Positions 1 through 41,859 of a DNA stretch of 41,859 bases are shown piece after piece. This stretch comes from Octopus bimaculoides. Taxonomy: Eukaryota. A model generated the notes under the pieces. The model was not told the origin of the DNA, searched no databases, and worked only from the letters and a program-made list of their open reading frames with translations. The translations under genes were made by a program, and so were the position numbers. How positions within the stretch are numbered: the first letter of the stretch is position 1; the number at the start of each line of letters is the position of its first letter. The stretch covers positions 37,003,133 through 37,044,991 of the forward strand of contig NC_068996.1 in the NCBI RefSeq assembly GCF_001194135.2, written 5' to 3'.

Positions 1-264
1 GTAGAAGAATAGGTGAGCAACGAGAGGAAAAGAGAAAGAGAGGAAGTACGAGGGGGAAAAAGAGATATGTAGTAGTAACAGAGGAAGAACGAGAGGGGTA
101 AAGCGAGATACGTAGTAGTAAAGAGGAAGAACGAGAGGGGGAAAAATGATAGAGGAAGAGAAAGAGAAAGAGATAGAGTAGCGTCGGAAAATATGAAGTT
201 ATGAAAACTACTTACAAATTGGAGACGCTGTGTTCAGTCATGTAAAAACAAATAGTAAATGAGT

Positions 265-435
265 ATATGCATATATACGTACAGGTATGTGCATACCGAC
301 ATCCACCTGTATGTATAGGTGCATATCTGGGTACAGGACATTGCAAATGTATATATATATATGTATGTGTATGTATATATATGCATATATATGTGTGTGT
401 GTATGTGTATGTATATATGTATATATGTGTGTGTG

Positions 436-492
<57 letters not shown>

Positions 493-590
493 CAGACTAC
501 CTAATTATATGTGTGTATGGGTGTGTGTGTTCTGTGTATATGTGTGTGTATGTGTATGTATGTATTCATATATTTATGTGTTTATGTGTA
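265..590. repeat. Compound TA/TG microsatellite
   Basis: Direct inspection. Confidence 0.95.
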
Positions 591-920
591 TTCTAGATTA
601 CCAAGTATAATTATATATCATCTATCTGATTCTCTCATGAGATATTGAATCTATTTAAATTTTCTTTTTTTACCTTATTAGAAACCAAATTTGCTGTCAT
701 AGCAACAATATCTTTTTTCCCCTCAGTTAGACATACACTTTTTTATCAGTCTACAGTTTCATGAAGACTAAACCTTGCCATTCTTAAACGTTATCAATGA
801 CAACGACAATTCTTTTTTTATACAAGCACTTTTATCTGAATCTCCAACAAAACTTCATTTTGTTATATATCTGGTGCTTTAAATAACATTTAAATATGTC
901 ACTAGTTTATCTCCTTTTAA

Positions 921-1609
921 CCATTTCGATAACAATCCACCTGAGGCTACCCATGCTTCTGTGAAACCTTCTACCAAAATTTCATGTTAATTTATGTTCC
1001 AAAATTAAGTGAAATAAAGGCAATGTATTTCAATAGAAATTTGGTAAGATGAATGTTAAAGTGATCCAAATTAAAATGTTCTATCAAAAGTTTATGTTGA
1101 TTTATGTTCCAAATACCAGCTTAATGATCCTTTATACTGGAGGCACAAGGCCTCAAATTTGTGGGGAGAGGACTAGTTGCTTACATCGACCCCAGTGTTT
1201 CACTGGTACTTAATTTATCGAACTCGAAAGGATGAAAGGCAAAGTCGACCTTGGCGGAATTTGAACTCAGAATGTAGCAATGGGCAAAATACCATTAAGC
1301 ATTTCATCCAGCATGCTGACAATTCTGCCAGCTCACTGCCTTAAACACCAGCTTAAAAATGATAAAATTATTTTAATAAATTCTTCATTATTATCAAAGT
1401 TAAGTGAAATAATGGCAGCACATTTCAATAGAAATTTAGTAAGAAAAGGCTTAAAGTGATCTAAATTAAAATCTTCCATTACAATTTTATGCTAACTCAT
1501 TTTAAAAACACTATCTTAATAAACAAAATTATTTTACTAAATTCTTCATTTTTAAACTTAAGTGAAACAAGGTTAGTGTATTTCAATGGAAATATGATAA
1601 CAAAAAGGG
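921..1609. mobile_element. piggyBac-type MITE P1 with internal tandem expansion and nested SINE
   Basis: TTAA at both ends, same termini as 6041-6260 in opposite orientation; three internal TTAAGTGAAA...TTTCAAT.GAAAT units. Confidence 0.65.
1140..1342 (-). mobile_element. tRNA-derived SINE family A
   Basis: GGCAGTGAGCTGGCAG head, GAGTTCAAATTCC B box, GTCGACTTTGCCTTTCATCCTTTC core; other copies ~4088-4290(-), 8860-9061(-), 17322-17471(-), 17708-17915(+), 19690-19830(+), 22030-22140(+), 25920-26030(-). Confidence 0.85.
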
Positions 1610-2904
1610 TTAAATATTTCTCTTCAGTAATGGAGATATAAGAATTTTTCATTGCAATCATCTTACTTTCAATTTGTGTATTCTTGTTCATTTTTTGATA
1701 GTTTTTATTTATATTTTTTATTATTATTCCTTCATCTTATAGTTCTCTCTTAACTCATCTTGTTTCATATCTGTTAGTCTTAGTTTTTTTTTTTTATTTG
1801 TTCATGCAAAAATATACTTTTTTATTCTTTTATTTGTTTCTGTTATTGGACTGTGACCATGCTGGGGCACTGCCTTGAAGGGTTTTAATCAAACGAATTG
1901 ACCCCAGTATGTATGCTTTTGTTTTTTAAGTCTTGTTCTTATTGTAGTGGTCTTTTTTCACTGAACTGCCTAATTATAGGGATGTAAACAAACCGACACT
2001 GATTGTCAAGCAGTGAGGAAACAAATATAAAGATGCACACACACACACACACGCACACACACACGCACACAGACACACACACACACTCACTCCCTCACTC
2101 ATCCATACATATATCTATTTATACCTGTATGTATGTATGTATGTATGTGTGACAGGCTTCCACAGAGTCTCCATTTTCCAAAACCACTGTCAAGGTATTG
2201 GTAGGCCTAGGGCTATAATATTAAATATTAAACTAATAAATTTGTCATATTCCTTCCTAACCTTTCATATATGTATCTTATTTGTCGTCTCTGATTTTTT
2301 CTTTCTAAAGTATTTGTCAGTCAGTGTTTGGCTTTATCTTGTTTTACCTGTTTCTTTATCATTATAATACTGGTATTTTACAGTTAATGTTCTAAAGGTG
2401 TACTTCAGCAGATAGCACTTTTGAATGAAGTCACTATGCAGGTGGGACTGTCACTTATATGTGAGTTTCTATCATCACAGCAGAGTCTACTCTGCCAACA
2501 TGACCAAAACAAAACTTTCCATGCACAAATCCTTCATTTCACATTATCAACAGATGTCTCCATGCACTCCATACTGGTCTTTAACAATTTCTCTGTGTAC
2601 ATTACAATGGCACTATTTTTCAAACTTGAAAGATATGTGGCAGGTACTGGTATCACGCAAATGGCACCCATGTAGGTAGCACATAAAAGCACCCCTTACA
2701 CTCTTGGAGTGGATGGTGTTAGGAAGGGCATCCAGCCATAGAAAGCATGCCAAATCAGACTGGAGTCTGGTGCAGCCTTCCAGCTTGCCAGCCCTGGTCA
2801 AACCGTCCAACCCAGACCAGTGTGGATAATGGACGTTAAAGGATGACGATTATGATGACCTCAGACCATTTTATCCACTGAATCTGGGTTCCATGTGGCA
2901 TAGA

Positions 2905-3265
2905 ATTACATCATCATCATCATCATCATCATCACTGTCGTCGTTGTCGTCATCGTCCATCACCCCCCGCCCATCATTATCATCATCAGCATCATCATTG
3001 TTGTTCTTATCATTGTCGTTGTCATCACTGTCACTGCAGCTGACAACATCACCACTACCAAAGCCAACACCTTTACGACCACCAAAGCCATAATCACTTT
3101 CACCACCACAACCAACACCACCACAACTACCATCAACATCATCACAACCACAACCACTAACACCACCACAACCAACACTACCACCACCACCACCACCACC
3201 AACACCACCACTAACACCACAACCACAGCTACTGCCACAACCACTTTCATCACCATCATTATTAT
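2905..3265. repeat. Compound (CAT)/(CAC) trinucleotide repeat
   Basis: Direct inspection. Confidence 0.95.
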
Positions 3266-4291
3266 TGTCTTTATTTTAAGGTATATCATTTTCATGTTGG
3301 ATTAATTAGGACATGTCTCTATCATGTCATATTACAAATCATTTTGATGTATTTCATCTGTGAATCCTGACATCCAAGGTTCTAACCTCAGGTCTTTCTT
3401 AAACGATCACATTCAAAGCAGTATGTCTATTGAACTCAATAACAATTTGTTTTTTTTCACTAATGACAACAGTAATAGCAACTCAGCTTTGGTAGACTCA
3501 ATACTATTGAGGAATGGAAAAAAATTCTGGAAGGAAATTATCAGGTTGCATTATCACTTTTTCATTATTTTCATTATTGCTTATATGTCAAAGAATATTG
3601 ACTCTTTGTACTTACACATACACATACACGCATACATGCTCTCTCTCTTTCTCATACACACGCACGCTCTCACACATACATACACACATGCTCTCTCTTT
3701 CTCTCTTATGCACACTCTCACACATACACACACACACACAAACATACAAACACACATACACACATACACTCTCTCTCATAAACACACACACGCATACACA
3801 CACACACACATACTATGCATCTATTGAAATGATAGACAAAACCTTTACTAATCAAAAATTTTCTGCATCTTTTATAATGGAATAGTAAACGGGCTGTTGT
3901 AGCATTCATGCCTTTATCGAAAGATAAACATAAGATAGTTTGAAACTGAAAATCAAAGCTTTCTCTGAGACCCACCACAGTATTATAAACATGATTATAA
4001 TTTGGTAAGTGCCAAAGCACAAAACTTCCAGCCCTCGAATCATTCTGTAACTTGTGCCAATTAACAAATAATTCTTTTTTAATTTTAGCACAAGGCCAGC
4101 AATTTTTGAAGGCAGTAGGAAATCAATGACATTGAACCCAGTGTTGATTGATACTTACTTTATCAACCCTAAAAGGATGGAAAGTAAAGTTGACCTCGGT
4201 GCCATTTAATCTCAGAGCATAAAGACACAGAAGAAACTGTCACTTTACATTCTGTCCAGCATGGTAACAAATCTGTCAGCACACTGCCTTT

Positions 4292-4322
<31 letters not shown>

Positions 4323-4603
4323 TGTTTATCATCATCATCATCATCATGTTTATCATCATCATCATCATCGTCGTCGTCGTCGTTGTTGTCATCATCATCA
4401 TGTTTAATATTTTCTTTCCATGCTGGCATGGGTCGGACGGTTTGACAGGAGCTAGCCAGGCAGAAGCCCGCACCATACTTCTGTGTCTTTTTTGGCATAA
4501 GGGTACATATATTCTCTGTTTGCATCAGAAAATCTACTTTATAATTACTTCATTTAAGCTAATTAATCACCTTATACATAGAAATTATGAACATGTCATT
4601 TAC

Positions 4604-41378
<36,775 letters not shown>

Positions 41379-41419
41379 CTGTGAAAAGAATAATAGTAGT
41401 AGTAGTAATAGTAGTAGTA

Positions 41420-41456
<37 letters not shown>

Positions 41457-41468
41457 CGATGATGATAA

Positions 41469-41674
41469 TCAACTATCAACATAGCTGAAAAAGATTGGTG
41501 CAAGTGTGAAGATAGAACACCTAGAAAAATCAGCATTGCTTGGAACTGCAAGAATTTTTTGTAGGTTTCTTGAAGCATGACCAGTAAACAAGTGTCACCT
41601 TAGTCTGCTGGCTGTGGGCAGCTGACACTTTCCATCATACCCAACAAAATAAGCTGTGAGTTTGAGTTTTCATA
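41469..41674 (+). mobile_element. R4/Dong-clade 3' terminal fragment
   Basis: Encodes ...KSALLGTARI...; 3'UTR similar to that at 17950-18030; (AAT)n on both sides. Confidence 0.7.
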
Positions 41675-41682
41675 TAATAATA

Positions 41683-41738
<56 letters not shown>

Positions 41739-41859
41739 CTGCCTGGCACTCACACCTTTAACAGAATTGCTAAATAGAACTGGATGCGGTTACAAATGCT
41801 ATGGAAAAACAGTCAGCCACCTTCTATATATGGATGACCTAAAATTATATGCAAAAAAC
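41739..41859 (+). mobile_element. R4/Dong-clade RT fragment running off the window
   Basis: CLALTPLTELLNRTGCGYK...VSHLLYMDDLKLYAK begins right after (AAT)n. Confidence 0.8.

Noticed and set aside
267-610. Low-complexity ORFs (poly-YI, CV, HT, I, L, N, M etc.) here and throughout the track
   Set aside because: Translations of microsatellites, with no domain motifs or splice context.
3360-3827. 155-aa ORF on the + strand
   Set aside because: The second half is CA/CT microsatellite and the first half has no recognisable motif.

Overview
AT-rich, microsatellite- and transposon-dense eukaryotic genomic DNA with 8 assembly gaps. It is probably from an octopus or other coleoid cephalopod; this is inferred from the SINE repertoire and a mollusc-type 5S sequence, not proven. 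The window holds the 3' half of one minus-strand gene, a receptor-type (natriuretic-peptide-receptor-like) guanylate cyclase. I traced 7 coding exons with GT-AG sites and consistent phases: kinase-homology domain, coiled coil, cyclase domain and stop. About 60-65 aa of the cyclase N-terminus is missing and probably lies in a gap. The introns contain a DD36E Tc1 element, a Gypsy remnant, hAT, RTE and R4/Dong remnants, several SINE and MITE families, 5S pseudogenes and several long hairpins. The most unusual element is a tRNA-headed, SINE-like repeat carrying a minimal type I hammerhead ribozyme of the Penelope-associated kind. It occurs as one intact copy and one head-to-head inverted dimer, and a second, decayed hammerhead family is also present. 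Most listed ORFs are microsatellite or gap artefacts. No CRISPR array was found.
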